Source of the DNA: Nannocystis bainbridge
Lineage (GTDB): Bacteria; Myxococcota_A; Polyangia; Nannocystales; Nannocystaceae
Length of the DNA: 64,000 bases
NCBI RefSeq assembly: GCF_028368995.1
Contig: NZ_JAQNDL010000003.1
Location: 224,001 to 288,000, forward strand
Direction of reading: 5' to 3'
A program made the position numbers and the translations under genes. Positions within the stretch are counted from its first letter, which is position 1, and every line of letters begins with the position of its first letter. Positions 39,112-49,431 of this stretch are shown here, piece by piece. The notes under the pieces are model-generated. The model had not been told where the DNA came from. It searched no databases and saw only the letters and a program-made list of their open reading frames with translations.

Positions 39112-42072
39112 TCACTTCATCGCATCCGCCACCACCTCGATCGTCGCGCCGCGCCCGAGCCCCAGCTTCACCGCCGTCCCTGCCGGTACTGCTGACATTT
39201 CCTGGAACAGATATCCATTCGCCCCTGTCACGTCCTGCCCATCGACGCTCACGATCTCGTCGCCGATCTGCAGCCCTGCGCGCATCGCCGGCCCGCCCGG
39301 GCGCACCGACCCCACGATCAGCTTCGCCTCGCCCGGCTCCGTCCCCGGGGCAGAGGGCTGCACCCGCAGCCCCAGGTCTCCCGGCGCCTCGTTCTCCGAG
39401 CGGCGCTTCTTGGCGATCCGCAGCGGCGGCAGCTCGACCGACGTAGCTCCTGTCGTCGGCAACTCGAGCGCGATCGACGACCAGCCGTACCCGTTCTCGA
39501 CCCAATCTTTCGGCAGCACCATCGCGTCGACCGGGCCGGCCGCCACCTTCTCGACCTCGAAGCGGCCCTCCGCGTCCGAAGTCTGCCCGCGCGGCGTTTG
39601 GTCGTACGGCGTGAACATCTGCACCTGCCCGCGCGCGCGGATCCGGACCTCCATCCCCGGCACCGGCTGGCTCGACGCGGCGTCGATCACTCGCCCGCGC
39701 ACTGTCAAGAGTGGCAGCAGCTCGATCTGCACCTCCGCCCGGCCGCCCTCGCCCACGCTCGTCTTGGCCGAGCTCGAGCCCTCGGCCGCCTCCACGATCA
39801 CCCTGTAGTCGCCGCGCGGCACCTCCGGGAAGCGAAACACACCACCTGTCCGAAAGAACCTGTCACTGCTGCGCCAGCCCGTGCTCGGCTCGTGCAGCGA
39901 CACCTCGAATTTCTCCGGCGCGCCCCCGCCCTGGATCCGCACCGTCCCGGCGATCGACCCAGCGTCCGCGATCTTGATCTCCACCTCGTTCCCGGTCGCC
40001 ACGTGCTCGACCGAGCCCTCGCCGCCGCCGCGCCGCTGGGCCACCAGCGTGTACTTCCCGTCGCTCAGCCCCGACAGCTCGAAGCGGCCGTCCTGGTCGG
40101 TCAGCTTGCGCGTCTCGGCCCCGAAGAACGACCACCGCGAATCGCGGAGCGCGTCGCCCATCCCTGCCGCCGGGCTGTCGCTCTCGCGCGTCGCCTCGAC
40201 GAACGCGTCCGACAGCGGCCCGCCGGCGGAGTCGACCACGCGCCCGCCGATCCGCCCGTGCTGCGACTCCACCACCAACTGCACCTCGCGCACCTCGCCG
40301 GTCGCGATCGTCACCGCCGTCCCTTGCACATCGTCGTCGGTGGTCCCCGGCGCCTGCAGCGGCACCCAGCCCTGGACCGCCTGCACCCGATACGAGCCCG
40401 CCGGCACCTGCTTCAGGCGGAAGCTGCCGTCGTCGAGCGTGCGCGTCGTCGGCAGCTCCTGCTGCTCCCCGCGCAGCGTCACCTCGACGCCCTTCACTGC
40501 CAGCCCCTCGCTGTCCTTCACCGTCCCGCGCAGCTCGCCCGTCGCCGGCAGCGTCAGCAAGATGTCCTCGAGGTCCTGTCCCGCAGGCAGCTCGACCTCC
40601 AGCGGCGGCTCCGGGCGCGGGTGCTCGTTCGACGACGCGCTCACGCGATAGCGGCCCGGCAGCAGCCCGAGCAGCTCGAAGCGGCCATCGTCCGCCGTGC
40701 GCTCCGACCACGCCCGCGTCGCCTGGGCCCGCGGCGCCGACGGATCGGGCTGCGGCTCGGCGCCGACGTGGAGCCCGCGCGCACCTGTCCCTCCGGACAG
40801 CACCACCCGACCGCGGATCGCCTGGCCCGGCTGCACCTGCCAGCGCAGCCCGCGGATCGCCGCGTCGACCACCGCCACCGGCGCGTACGTCGGCTCCGCC
40901 ACGTACGTGTCGCACTCGACCTGCGGCTCGTACGACCCCGGAAGGACCCCGCGGATCCGCACCAGCCCATCGGCCTCGACCTCGCCCGCGCGCGACCCGA
41001 CCGCCGTGTCGGTGATGCGCACCCACCCTTGCTCGCATGATTCGCCGCCCGCGACCGTGACTGTCCCTTCGACCAGGTACGCCGGATGCGCCCGGATCAC
41101 GATCGGCTCCGAAGTCTCACCCAGCCCCAGCACCGCGCTCTCGGCTCCTACCCCATAGGCCTCGTCGTGGAATGCCTCGAGTCGGTACGCCCCCGGCTTC
41201 AAGCCCTCGATGCGGAAATTGCCGTTCGTATCGCTGATCGCCTCCGCGGAGCTCTCCATGGGTTTCACCGCGAGCACGCTCGCGCCCGCCACCGGCGCCC
41301 CGTCCTCCGCTCGCACCACGCGACCGACCAGCACCGACTCCGGCGTCAACGCGATCTCGAACGTCATCCCTGGCGCCACGCCCATCATCCAGCCGCGCGC
41401 GTAGCCATCGGCGTGCGCCTCGAGGTACGCCTCGCCCGGCGCCACCCACAGCGTGAACCGCCCGTCCGCCCCCGTACGCCCGTGGGCGAAGCCCGACGAC
41501 ACCTGTGCCCCCTCGAGCTCGCCGCCGCTGAGGTCGCGCACCACTCCCTTGAGCTCGACCCCGCCGGCCAATAGCACCACATCGACCTCGCGCGTCTCCT
41601 GCCCCGCGCGCAGCGTCACCAGCGTGCGCGCGCGCTGGCCAGGACCCGCACGATACTGCCCCGGCACATGCCCCGCCGCGCTCGCGTGGACGAATTGTGG
41701 CACCGGCAACAACCCCTCGACGCGATAGCTGCCGTCGCCCGCGCTCGTCGTACACGTGCGATTCGCCTGCTCCTTGCTGTCGAGCCCCGACGCCGAGCTA
41801 CCCACACAAACCGTCGCCCCGCCGATCCCACGACCGTCCGCCTCGCGCACGCGGCCCGAGATCGCCGCCCGGTCCACCAGACGCAGATCGAGCCGCCCCG
41901 GCCCCGCCCCGTCGACGCGCGGACCGTTTGCAAACACCGGCCCACCGCCGTCCGGCGCCTCCTCCGGTCCCGCGACCTCTTCGCGGCCCCGCACCGTCCA
42001 CCACCACCCCAGGAGCAGCGCGATCACCCCGATCGCAGCCGCAGTCACGAACTTCCGTGTCGTTTGGGTCAT
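39112..42072 (-). CDS. Membrane-anchored carboxypeptidase-regulatory-like repeat protein with C-terminal PDZ domain
   Basis: N-terminal TM; repeated I.G.V....G.....A.V...T..DG.F.l.gL.pG.Y units; GPAMRAGLQIGDEIVSVDG PDZ. Confidence 0.85.
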   Translation of the reverse strand: MTQTTRKFVTAAAIGVIALLLGWWWTVRGREEVAGPEEAPDGGGPVFANGPRVDGAGPGRLDLRLVDRAAISGRVREADGRGIGGATVCVGSSASGLDSKEQANRTCTTSAGDGSYRVEGLLPVPQFVHASAAGHVPGQYRAGPGQRARTLVTLRAGQETREVDVVLLAGGVELKGVVRDLSGGELEGAQVSSGFAHGRTGADGRFTLWVAPGEAYLEAHADGYARGWMMGVAPGMTFEIALTPESVLVGRVVRAEDGAPVAGASVLAVKPMESSAEAISDTNGNFRIEGLKPGAYRLEAFHDEAYGVGAESAVLGLGETSEPIVIRAHPAYLVEGTVTVAGGESCEQGWVRITDTAVGSRAGEVEADGLVRIRGVLPGSYEPQVECDTYVAEPTYAPVAVVDAAIRGLRWQVQPGQAIRGRVVLSGGTGARGLHVGAEPQPDPSAPRAQATRAWSERTADDGRFELLGLLPGRYRVSASSNEHPRPEPPLEVELPAGQDLEDILLTLPATGELRGTVKDSEGLAVKGVEVTLRGEQQELPTTRTLDDGSFRLKQVPAGSYRVQAVQGWVPLQAPGTTDDDVQGTAVTIATGEVREVQLVVESQHGRIGGRVVDSAGGPLSDAFVEATRESDSPAAGMGDALRDSRWSFFGAETRKLTDQDGRFELSGLSDGKYTLVAQRRGGGEGSVEHVATGNEVEIKIADAGSIAGTVRIQGGGAPEKFEVSLHEPSTGWRSSDRFFRTGGVFRFPEVPRGDYRVIVEAAEGSSSAKTSVGEGGRAEVQIELLPLLTVRGRVIDAASSQPVPGMEVRIRARGQVQMFTPYDQTPRGQTSDAEGRFEVEKVAAGPVDAMVLPKDWVENGYGWSSIALELPTTGATSVELPPLRIAKKRRSENEAPGDLGLRVQPSAPGTEPGEAKLIVGSVRPGGPAMRAGLQIGDEIVSVDGQDVTGANGYLFQEMSAVPAGTAVKLGLGRGATIEVVADAMK

Positions 42073-42548
42073 GTCTGAAAGGTCCTGTCGCAGCCGCCTT
42101 GCACATTTGTCCAGCCCTGGCGTGCCGCAGCACCGCGACCGTATCACGGACTTCATCGCCTGGCTCGCGCACCACGCAGCGCCGCGGTGCGGCCTTCACG
42201 CCTGTCGGCCCCATTCGCCGCTCTCCGCTGCGGCGCAGTCCTCGATCCTCGTCCGCGAGACGGGCAACCGTGCGGCCAATCGACAGACCCGGCATCCGAT
42301 GCCAATGACATCGCGGCCTGACGCGTCACTCCTTCGCACGCATCGCCGAGCATTTTCGCCCGAGCCGTTCGTCCGGCGCTGTATTCGCGGGTAGGCAAGC
42401 GGACAGGAAGCTCATCCGTCGTCCCGCTCGGAACGCCGCTCCCGAGCCGACCGAATCCGCCCGCCGCGAAAATGGATTGATCACCTCGGCGAGGCGGCGC
42501 AAACTAGGCCCAGGCTGGAGCTCTCGTTATCGTGGGGGATGGGCGGCC

Positions 42549-43991
42549 ATGAGTGAAGACATCGATATCCTGCGTCTGCGCGGAACCACATTAAAGGGCA
42601 CGTATGCCCTCGATCGCGCGGTCGCAAGAGGCGGCTTCGGCGTCGTCTATCGCGGCCGCCACCTCTCGCTGCACAAAGAAATCGCCGTCAAGGTGTTCTG
42701 CCCGCTGGCCACTCCCGAGGCCTCCATCGAGCAGGAGGCCATCTCGCACTTCTTCCAGGAGATCAAGATCCTCTCCGCGCTCGAGCACCCGGCGATCGTG
42801 CGACCCTACGACTGCGGGACGATCAGCCTGCCCGAGCGCGGAAACGTGCCGTGGATGGCGCTCGAATGGATCGAGGGCCGCACGCTGGCGGAGCTGTTGC
42901 GCCAAAGCCCGCGCGTCGAGTGGTCCCCGCGCGACGCGCTCGAGCTGTTGAGGCCGGTGATCGAGGCGCTCGCCGAGGCCCACGCCCACGGCATCGCCCA
43001 CCGGGACGTCGCGCCCAACAACATCATCGTGTCTGAATCCGCCCACGGTCGGCGTATTCGTCTGATCGACTTCGGCATCGCCTGTATTCGCCCCGCCTAC
43101 GAGGAGCCCGCGGCGCCGGAGGACGCGCCCACCGGCTCGGTCCTGATCGCCCACTCACCGAAGTACCCCGCCCCCGAGCAATTGCTGCAGCACCGCACGG
43201 GCACCTTCACCGATGTCCACGCGCTCGGGCTCATCCTCTATCACCTGCTCACCGGATACCTGCCCTACCCCAATTCGGCCAGCGACGCGGAGCACGGCGC
43301 CTGCGCCTTGCGAAGGCCGACCCCTGGGCTCGTCGGGCTCGACGTCGGCGCCTGGGAGCCGGTGCTCTCGCGCGCCGTCGCCATCAATCCGCGCGACCGC
43401 TACGCCACCGCCCGCGAGCTGCTGGAAGCGCTCGAGCAGTCGCTCGCCGCCGCCGTGCCCGCGCACGACGAATTCGAGGTGGCCCTGCCCGAGAACTGGC
43501 GCGTGGTCGAGGTGACGCCGTCGACGGTCCCGATCCTGCTCAACACCCCGGAGTTCACGGTGATCTTGCATCCTGTCGCCCTGAGCGCCGGCGAGCTGCG
43601 CCACGGGTTCGAGGTCCCGATCAACGCCGGCCTGTCGTGCAAGCTCGTGCTGCAGCGCTACGCCGAGGTCTCGCTCGCGCTGACGGTCGTCGGCCACCCG
43701 GGCGAGCGGCCCGGGCTCTACTCGAACCCCAACGGGGTCGGCTCGCGCCTCACGCGGGCGATGCTCGACCCGGGCGCCGAGAAGCTCGTCTATTGCGGTC
43801 AGCGGGACTTCGGCCTGCGCGAGGTCATCTGCTACGCCACCCAGGCCAAGCTCGGCGAGCGGCTCTCGATCGACGTCACCCGCCTGAACCTCACCGTCTG
43901 CTTCGCCACGCCGGTGCGTGACTTCATCGTCCTGCAAGTCGACGAACCGGAGCTGGCCCGCGCCCACCTCGCATGTATCGGTATCACCTGA
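42549..43991 (+). CDS. Hanks-type protein kinase with atypical catalytic loop and unknown C-terminal domain
   Basis: ARGGFGVVY, AVK, HRDVAPNN, DFG, YPAPEQ, DVHALG. Confidence 0.88.
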   Translation: MSEDIDILRLRGTTLKGTYALDRAVARGGFGVVYRGRHLSLHKEIAVKVFCPLATPEASIEQEAISHFFQEIKILSALEHPAIVRPYDCGTISLPERGNVPWMALEWIEGRTLAELLRQSPRVEWSPRDALELLRPVIEALAEAHAHGIAHRDVAPNNIIVSESAHGRRIRLIDFGIACIRPAYEEPAAPEDAPTGSVLIAHSPKYPAPEQLLQHRTGTFTDVHALGLILYHLLTGYLPYPNSASDAEHGACALRRPTPGLVGLDVGAWEPVLSRAVAINPRDRYATARELLEALEQSLAAAVPAHDEFEVALPENWRVVEVTPSTVPILLNTPEFTVILHPVALSAGELRHGFEVPINAGLSCKLVLQRYAEVSLALTVVGHPGERPGLYSNPNGVGSRLTRAMLDPGAEKLVYCGQRDFGLREVICYATQAKLGERLSIDVTRLNLTVCFATPVRDFIVLQVDEPELARAHLACIGIT

Positions 43992-44006
43992 GAGATCGAC
44001 GACAAC

Positions 44007-45773
44007 ATGGCACAACCGACAGACACCTCCGTGGCGAGGGCCGCCGCGTCCGCGCAAGCGGCCCTCCCTCCCGAGGCCGCGATCAGCCGCGAGACGGTCG
44101 ACTCGCAGCTGCGTTACGCCTTTCGCATGACCCGCAACCGCGGCGGGCTATGGGTCCCCGTGGAGCTCGGTCAGGGCAAGTTCGCCCGCGTGCTGTGTGG
44201 CCAGCAGCAGATCGGCAATCAGCCGGCCCGCAGCGTGGCGATCAAGATCTTGCACAGCCACGCGACGCTGGCCCACGAGCGCCTGTTCTCCACCGAGATC
44301 GCGCACCTGCGCAAGCTGAGCGACGCCGACAACGTCAACGTCCTGCACATCCTCGACGTCCTGCAGCTGCGCCCGCTGGTGCTGTGCGGCTGCGGCAAGG
44401 TCTATCACCCGCGCTGCCCCAATTGCGGGCAGGAGCTGCTGACCCGCGTCGACCTCGACGCGCACCCCGGCCTGCAGTGCAACGCCTGCAAGTACGTGCT
44501 GCCGGCCAATCGCGTCATGGACCGCGTCCAGGAGCTGTCGTCGGCGACCGCCCGCACCTGCTGCCAGGACAAGGCGGTCGAGGGCCGCGGCACGATCATC
44601 AACTTCGTCCACCGCGACGTGATCGTGATGGAGCACCTGACCCTCGGCCTCAAGGACTTCGCCCGCCGCCGCCGCGAAGAGGTGATGGACCAGTGGAAGA
44701 AGAAGGGCGGCGAGACGACCGCCCTGGCCCTGGCCTCGAAGTCCGGCTGGATCGAGCGCATCGGCGCCCTGCTGCCGAAAAAATGGCTGCAGCGCCGCAC
44801 GTCCGAGCTGTTCGAAAAGGCGTTGCTGCTCGAGAAGGTCCTGGCCGTCGTGCAGCTCGTCGAGGGCGTGGCGTGGCTGCACGGCGAGAAGCGCATCATC
44901 CACAAGGACCTCGCGGCCGACAACATCATGGTCCGCTTCTCGGGCATTCGTAACAGCAAGTCCAACTGGCGCGGCGAGCATCGCCCGGAGATGAACGTCA
45001 GCGACATCCTCAACGACCTCACCGGCTACCCCACGTTTCGCACCCTCCTGATCGACTTCGGCCTCGCCGACGAGGCGACGCCCACGCGCTCGTGGTACGA
45101 CGACGACGAGGCCACCGGCCAGAACAAGGGCCCGTTCCTGTCGCCCGAGGCCAAGAACCGGCGCCAGGACGTCGGCCTCGATCAACCGCTCGCCTTCTCG
45201 GCGGAGGACAAGACCTTCGTCATCCCGCCGGAGATGCGCGGCCTGTCGCTGCCGCTCATGCCCGGCGATCTCATCAGCCACTCGCTCGACGAGGAGCACG
45301 TGCACGACCTCAAGATCGAGGCCGTGCTGGACAACGGCAAGGTCGCCAAGTACACCGGCGTCGCCCCCGAGGTCCAGGACTATCGCCGATGCATCGTCGA
45401 ACGGCCCCTGCTCGAACCCCACGACATCTTCGCCCTCGGCGCCCTGTTCTACTTCCTGCTGTCCGAGGACATGACCCGCATGGAGCCGCTGCACGCGCTG
45501 GTCTACACCGCGCAGGAGAAGCGCCGCCCCATCGACATCGGCGCCCTGCGCGGCCTCGACCTCTACCCCGGCGTGCGCAAGGCGATCCGCTCCGCCTTCT
45601 GGCAGGACGAGCTTATCGTCATCATCCTGCGCGCAATGACCCGCGGCCTGCCCGGCAGCTACGCCAAGACCCGCATCGACCGCGGCTGCGAACCAGCGCA
45701 GCGGTTCCTGCTCGAGATCAAGCGCCTTCACCACAAGATCCAGCGCGACATCGTCTCGACGTTCTGGCGGTGA
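44007..45773 (+). CDS. Atypical protein kinase with Cys-rich (Zn-ribbon-like) insertion
   Basis: LGQGKFARV, VAIK, CGC..CPNC..CNAC insert, HKDLAADN, DFG, FLSPE, HDIFALG. Confidence 0.85.
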   Translation: MAQPTDTSVARAAASAQAALPPEAAISRETVDSQLRYAFRMTRNRGGLWVPVELGQGKFARVLCGQQQIGNQPARSVAIKILHSHATLAHERLFSTEIAHLRKLSDADNVNVLHILDVLQLRPLVLCGCGKVYHPRCPNCGQELLTRVDLDAHPGLQCNACKYVLPANRVMDRVQELSSATARTCCQDKAVEGRGTIINFVHRDVIVMEHLTLGLKDFARRRREEVMDQWKKKGGETTALALASKSGWIERIGALLPKKWLQRRTSELFEKALLLEKVLAVVQLVEGVAWLHGEKRIIHKDLAADNIMVRFSGIRNSKSNWRGEHRPEMNVSDILNDLTGYPTFRTLLIDFGLADEATPTRSWYDDDEATGQNKGPFLSPEAKNRRQDVGLDQPLAFSAEDKTFVIPPEMRGLSLPLMPGDLISHSLDEEHVHDLKIEAVLDNGKVAKYTGVAPEVQDYRRCIVERPLLEPHDIFALGALFYFLLSEDMTRMEPLHALVYTAQEKRRPIDIGALRGLDLYPGVRKAIRSAFWQDELIVIILRAMTRGLPGSYAKTRIDRGCEPAQRFLLEIKRLHHKIQRDIVSTFWR

Positions 45774-45779
45774 ACAAGG

Positions 45780-47495
45780 ATGCCTGAGCTGTTCCCGCCG
45801 CCCCTCGGCACCGTCATCGCCGGCCGCTTCGAGCTGCTGGCCCCCCTCCGCGGCGACGCTGCGGTGTTGACATTCCTCGTCAAGGACTCCCAGACCGGCA
45901 AGCGCCGCGCGCTGACGCTGTTCGACCCCGCCCTCGCCACGGCGACGGTCTGGGCTGAATACCACCGCCTGTGGGCCGCCGCGGGGGAGGCCAAAACTTC
46001 GGGTCTGACGCTCCCGCCGCAGGTCCCCGCGACCTCGCCCGAGCCGCCGCACGTCGTCGACGATCCTCCCGCCCATCGCGGCCTCGATCGCCTGCGCACG
46101 CAGGAGGGACGAATCCCCTGGCAACGCGCGCTGACCCTCGGCGAGCGGATCGCCGCCGTCCTGCACGATGCATTCGAAAGGACCGGCGCCGTCCACCGCG
46201 CGCTCACGCCGTCGCGCTGCACCGTCGGCGAGGGCGATACGGTCGAGGTGCTCGACTTCGGGTTCGCGGAGATCGAGCTCGCCGGCGAACAGCCCGAACA
46301 GGTCGAGTACCGCGCCCCGGAGCAGGCGAATCACAAGGGCGACTCACGCAGCGACGTGTTCTCCCTCGCCGCCATTGTTTACGAGCTGATTTGCGGTACC
46401 TGCCCCTCGGCCTCGCCGCCGCTGCTGAGCTCACTCGCCTATGTGCCTCCGGCCGTCGAGCGCCTGCTCGACAGGGCGCTCGCTGCCGATCCCGAGCAAC
46501 GCCCCGCCGACCTCGCCACCATGCGAGCCGCCCTGCGCGAAGCGCTGGGCCTCCCTGCATTGTCGGTGAGCAGGCCAGCGACTCCTGCGAGTCCGCCGCC
46601 GACAGCCTCGCCGGCGGGGGCCAACGATTCACGCCTCGAGTCGCCGTCCACCCACCGACCCGAGCCCCAGCCAGTCACCCCGAGCCCCAAGCCCTCTCCC
46701 GTGCCTGTGTCGCGTCCGCTCGCGAATCGGGCCGCGCCGCACAAGTCGGTGCAGAGCCCGCGAGCGAACCTCTCCCGGCAACAACAAGCCACCGACGATC
46801 CACCCAACGATCGAACCGCACGACTCCCGCCGAGGCCGGCCCAGCAAGACACCACCCTGGTCCTCTCCAACAACGAGGAGGCCCCCACCGAGCGCGTGCC
46901 AATCTTCAGCGCGCGGCCCAGCCGACCGGCCGAACCTTTCGGCGAGCGAACCGAGGTCTTTCAAAAACGACTCAACCACGTACCGCCTGAGGAGCGCACC
47001 GAAAAGCTCCCCGCAAGCGCCTCAGCCCCCGATCGAACCGAGGTCCTGAGCCCCTCGCCCGCCGGACAGCCATCGCCCCTTCCCGACCGAACCGAAGTTT
47101 TGAGCCCCCGGCCTGCACGAGAATCGTCACCGCCTCCTGGCCGATCTGAACCGCGGGCCGACCCTCGTCTCGCCGCAGATCCTCGCCCGCAGCCGAGGTC
47201 GCCCATGGAGGGTGATGAAGAGAGGACTGCCGTCATGGTTCGAAACCGAGGCCCGGTCATCCAGGCCCCGCCGTCTTCGCTCGAACCAACGATCGGGGCC
47301 ATTCGCGTCCACAGGCCCAACCCGCCTCGGCAAGCTCAAGCGTCACAGGGCGACCGCCCCTCTCCGCCGAGCGCCGAGCCCTCCTCTCCCCAGATGCCGC
47401 CCTCAAACGAATTTTTGCGGACGACCCTGCTCAAGGTCAACCTCGTGCTCGTCCTCCTGCTCCTGGTCGGCCTCATCGTCTGGGCGCTGGCATGA
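45780..47495 (+). CDS. Membrane-anchored pseudokinase with Pro-rich linker
   Basis: Kinase fold remnants (DFG, YRAPEQ, SDVFSLA) but HRALTPSR lacks the catalytic Asp and there is no Gly loop; C-terminal TM LVLVLLLLVGLIVWALA. Confidence 0.8.
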   Translation: MPELFPPPLGTVIAGRFELLAPLRGDAAVLTFLVKDSQTGKRRALTLFDPALATATVWAEYHRLWAAAGEAKTSGLTLPPQVPATSPEPPHVVDDPPAHRGLDRLRTQEGRIPWQRALTLGERIAAVLHDAFERTGAVHRALTPSRCTVGEGDTVEVLDFGFAEIELAGEQPEQVEYRAPEQANHKGDSRSDVFSLAAIVYELICGTCPSASPPLLSSLAYVPPAVERLLDRALAADPEQRPADLATMRAALREALGLPALSVSRPATPASPPPTASPAGANDSRLESPSTHRPEPQPVTPSPKPSPVPVSRPLANRAAPHKSVQSPRANLSRQQQATDDPPNDRTARLPPRPAQQDTTLVLSNNEEAPTERVPIFSARPSRPAEPFGERTEVFQKRLNHVPPEERTEKLPASASAPDRTEVLSPSPAGQPSPLPDRTEVLSPRPARESSPPPGRSEPRADPRLAADPRPQPRSPMEGDEERTAVMVRNRGPVIQAPPSSLEPTIGAIRVHRPNPPRQAQASQGDRPSPPSAEPSSPQMPPSNEFLRTTLLKVNLVLVLLLLVGLIVWALA

Positions 47496-47504
47496 CCGTC
47501 GAGG

Positions 47505-49169
47505 TCACGGACGTACGAGCAGCAGGAACGAATCGTACGCCTGTTTGGACGCCCCCTGGTGCTCGTCATCGGTTCCGACCTCGACGCTGTCCTCTCCCAC
47601 CGCGAGCTCGCCGATGCCGCGCGCATAACCGAGGAACACGACCGCGCTGTCGTTGGCAGTGACGTACGTGGCCCCGCTCTTCTGCGTATCGGACGTGTGC
47701 TTGGCGCGAACATGCCACGTCACTTGTGACGACAGCGACAACGGGAGCCGCGCGGCGAAGAACGTCTGATTCAGCGAAGTAAGCTGCAGATTCCGAATGT
47801 CGATAGTCTTGTCGAAACGACCGGCAAGGTAGAATTCCGAGGGGCCGGCCGGCTCGACGCCGAACAGGTACCCGCTGCCCCAGATCGTCGGGAACCACTC
47901 GGCGTGCGTGCAGGAGCCGCCGCCGTCGAGCGCAGCCCAGGCGAAGGACAAGCCGCCGGGGAGCTCGGCCGGACTCACCATCCCGCACGTCCCCAATGCC
48001 TCCGCGGATCCGCCGGTGGCGAGGGCCGTCAGGATCTTCTGGTCGGAAACGGCGGTGTCGAGCACGACCTCGTTGTTGCTTTCGCTGCCGAACACGCGGC
48101 ACCAGTTCCACCGCGTTTCGGCCGACGCCCAATCTGCCGGATCTCGGCTGACCTCGGCGACGAACCCGTGGCGATTATTGACGACTCCGCCGTCGCACGG
48201 TCCCCACTCTGCGGCCGCCGTCGGATCCTCCGGGATCAGCACGGTCCCCCCGAGGATCATCGTCGGTTCACCGGGACGCAGCGTCAGACTGCGAGCAGTT
48301 GTATTGCGGCCGAGTTCGCCGGAGCCTCCACCGACGCAGTGCGACTCCTCGGGCAGACTCAGCGAGGTATTGAACTTCGACAGCAGAATCCCTGTCGGTT
48401 TCAAGGGAGTCGGGGCGTAGCACATGCCCGCGACGAACACCTCGTCCCCGTCGACCGCGATGTCCATCCCGGCCGCGGCCTCAGCGTTCAGCAACACCCC
48501 TTTCAACGGCTGCCCGTCAGCGTCGAAGCTGACCACGAACGCGGCCTCCGGCATCGACGGCTTCAGGCTGACCGTCGAGAACGAGACCGATCCGCGCAGC
48601 CGACCCGTGATGTAAGCGCCTCCGGCGTCGGCAGCGATCGCTAACCGGTACTGCTCCGGCTTGTACTCCTCGAGCGCGAGGTCCGTGCTCTGGCCGTGTC
48701 GTGCCCATTGGAGTTTACCGTCCGGACAGAACTTGTAGACGAACGGCACCTGCGTGTCGGAAGTCGCCATCGTACTGCCATCGAGCAGGAGCTCGCGGTC
48801 GAACTGCCCGACCACGTAGATGTTCCCCTGTGGGTCGAGCGCCGCCCCGTGGAGCACCTGCGAGCGGGCTCCCGAGAACTTGACGAGCCGGATCAGGCTG
48901 CCCGACTCGCCTGGCGCCGGAGCGCCACACCCCCCCTCGTCGGGTCCCGCCGTCGTGTCGGACGCCGCCGAAGTCACGTCCCCCGTGGTCTCGGTCGACC
49001 CGGTACTCGTCGCACTCGACGTGGGCGTCGAACCGGTCGACTCGCTCCCCTTCGAGGTCGTCGTCGCGCCGCCCTGACTGTCCGAGATACCGTAGGTATC
49101 GAGAGTACATGCGCAAAACAGCGCGAGGTGGCTCCCCACGAGCGGACGCACCCGACGGCGGAATCGCAT
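47505..49169 (-). CDS. Lipoprotein with SBBP-like beta-propeller repeats
   Basis: LFCAC lipobox, Thr-rich stalk, ALDPQGNIYVVGQF / ADAGGAYITGRLRG repeats; start 49169 is inferred. Confidence 0.75.
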   Translation of the reverse strand: MRFRRRVRPLVGSHLALFCACTLDTYGISDSQGGATTTSKGSESTGSTPTSSATSTGSTETTGDVTSAASDTTAGPDEGGCGAPAPGESGSLIRLVKFSGARSQVLHGAALDPQGNIYVVGQFDRELLLDGSTMATSDTQVPFVYKFCPDGKLQWARHGQSTDLALEEYKPEQYRLAIAADAGGAYITGRLRGSVSFSTVSLKPSMPEAAFVVSFDADGQPLKGVLLNAEAAAGMDIAVDGDEVFVAGMCYAPTPLKPTGILLSKFNTSLSLPEESHCVGGGSGELGRNTTARSLTLRPGEPTMILGGTVLIPEDPTAAAEWGPCDGGVVNNRHGFVAEVSRDPADWASAETRWNWCRVFGSESNNEVVLDTAVSDQKILTALATGGSAEALGTCGMVSPAELPGGLSFAWAALDGGGSCTHAEWFPTIWGSGYLFGVEPAGPSEFYLAGRFDKTIDIRNLQLTSLNQTFFAARLPLSLSSQVTWHVRAKHTSDTQKSGATYVTANDSAVVFLGYARGIGELAVGEDSVEVGTDDEHQGASKQAYDSFLLLVRP

Positions 49170-49431
49170 ACGGCGGCCAGGATACACCAGCGCCACCCGT
49201 GGTCCATGGTCCGGCACCGGCGGCTTCGGTCGGCCGTGATCTCGGAAATTTACCCGCGGTCGGCGCCCATTCGACAATCCTTCCTCCGCTCTGCCGCATG
49301 CCGCAGGCGCGCCCGGACGGCCCCCTCGTTCCTCATCGCCATGCGGTGAGGTCGCATGTAGCGCCGTTCATCTTTCCGCATCCGCCGACGCTCTGGAGAG
49401 GGACCGCTCGTGCCCGCTACACTGTCGGCCG

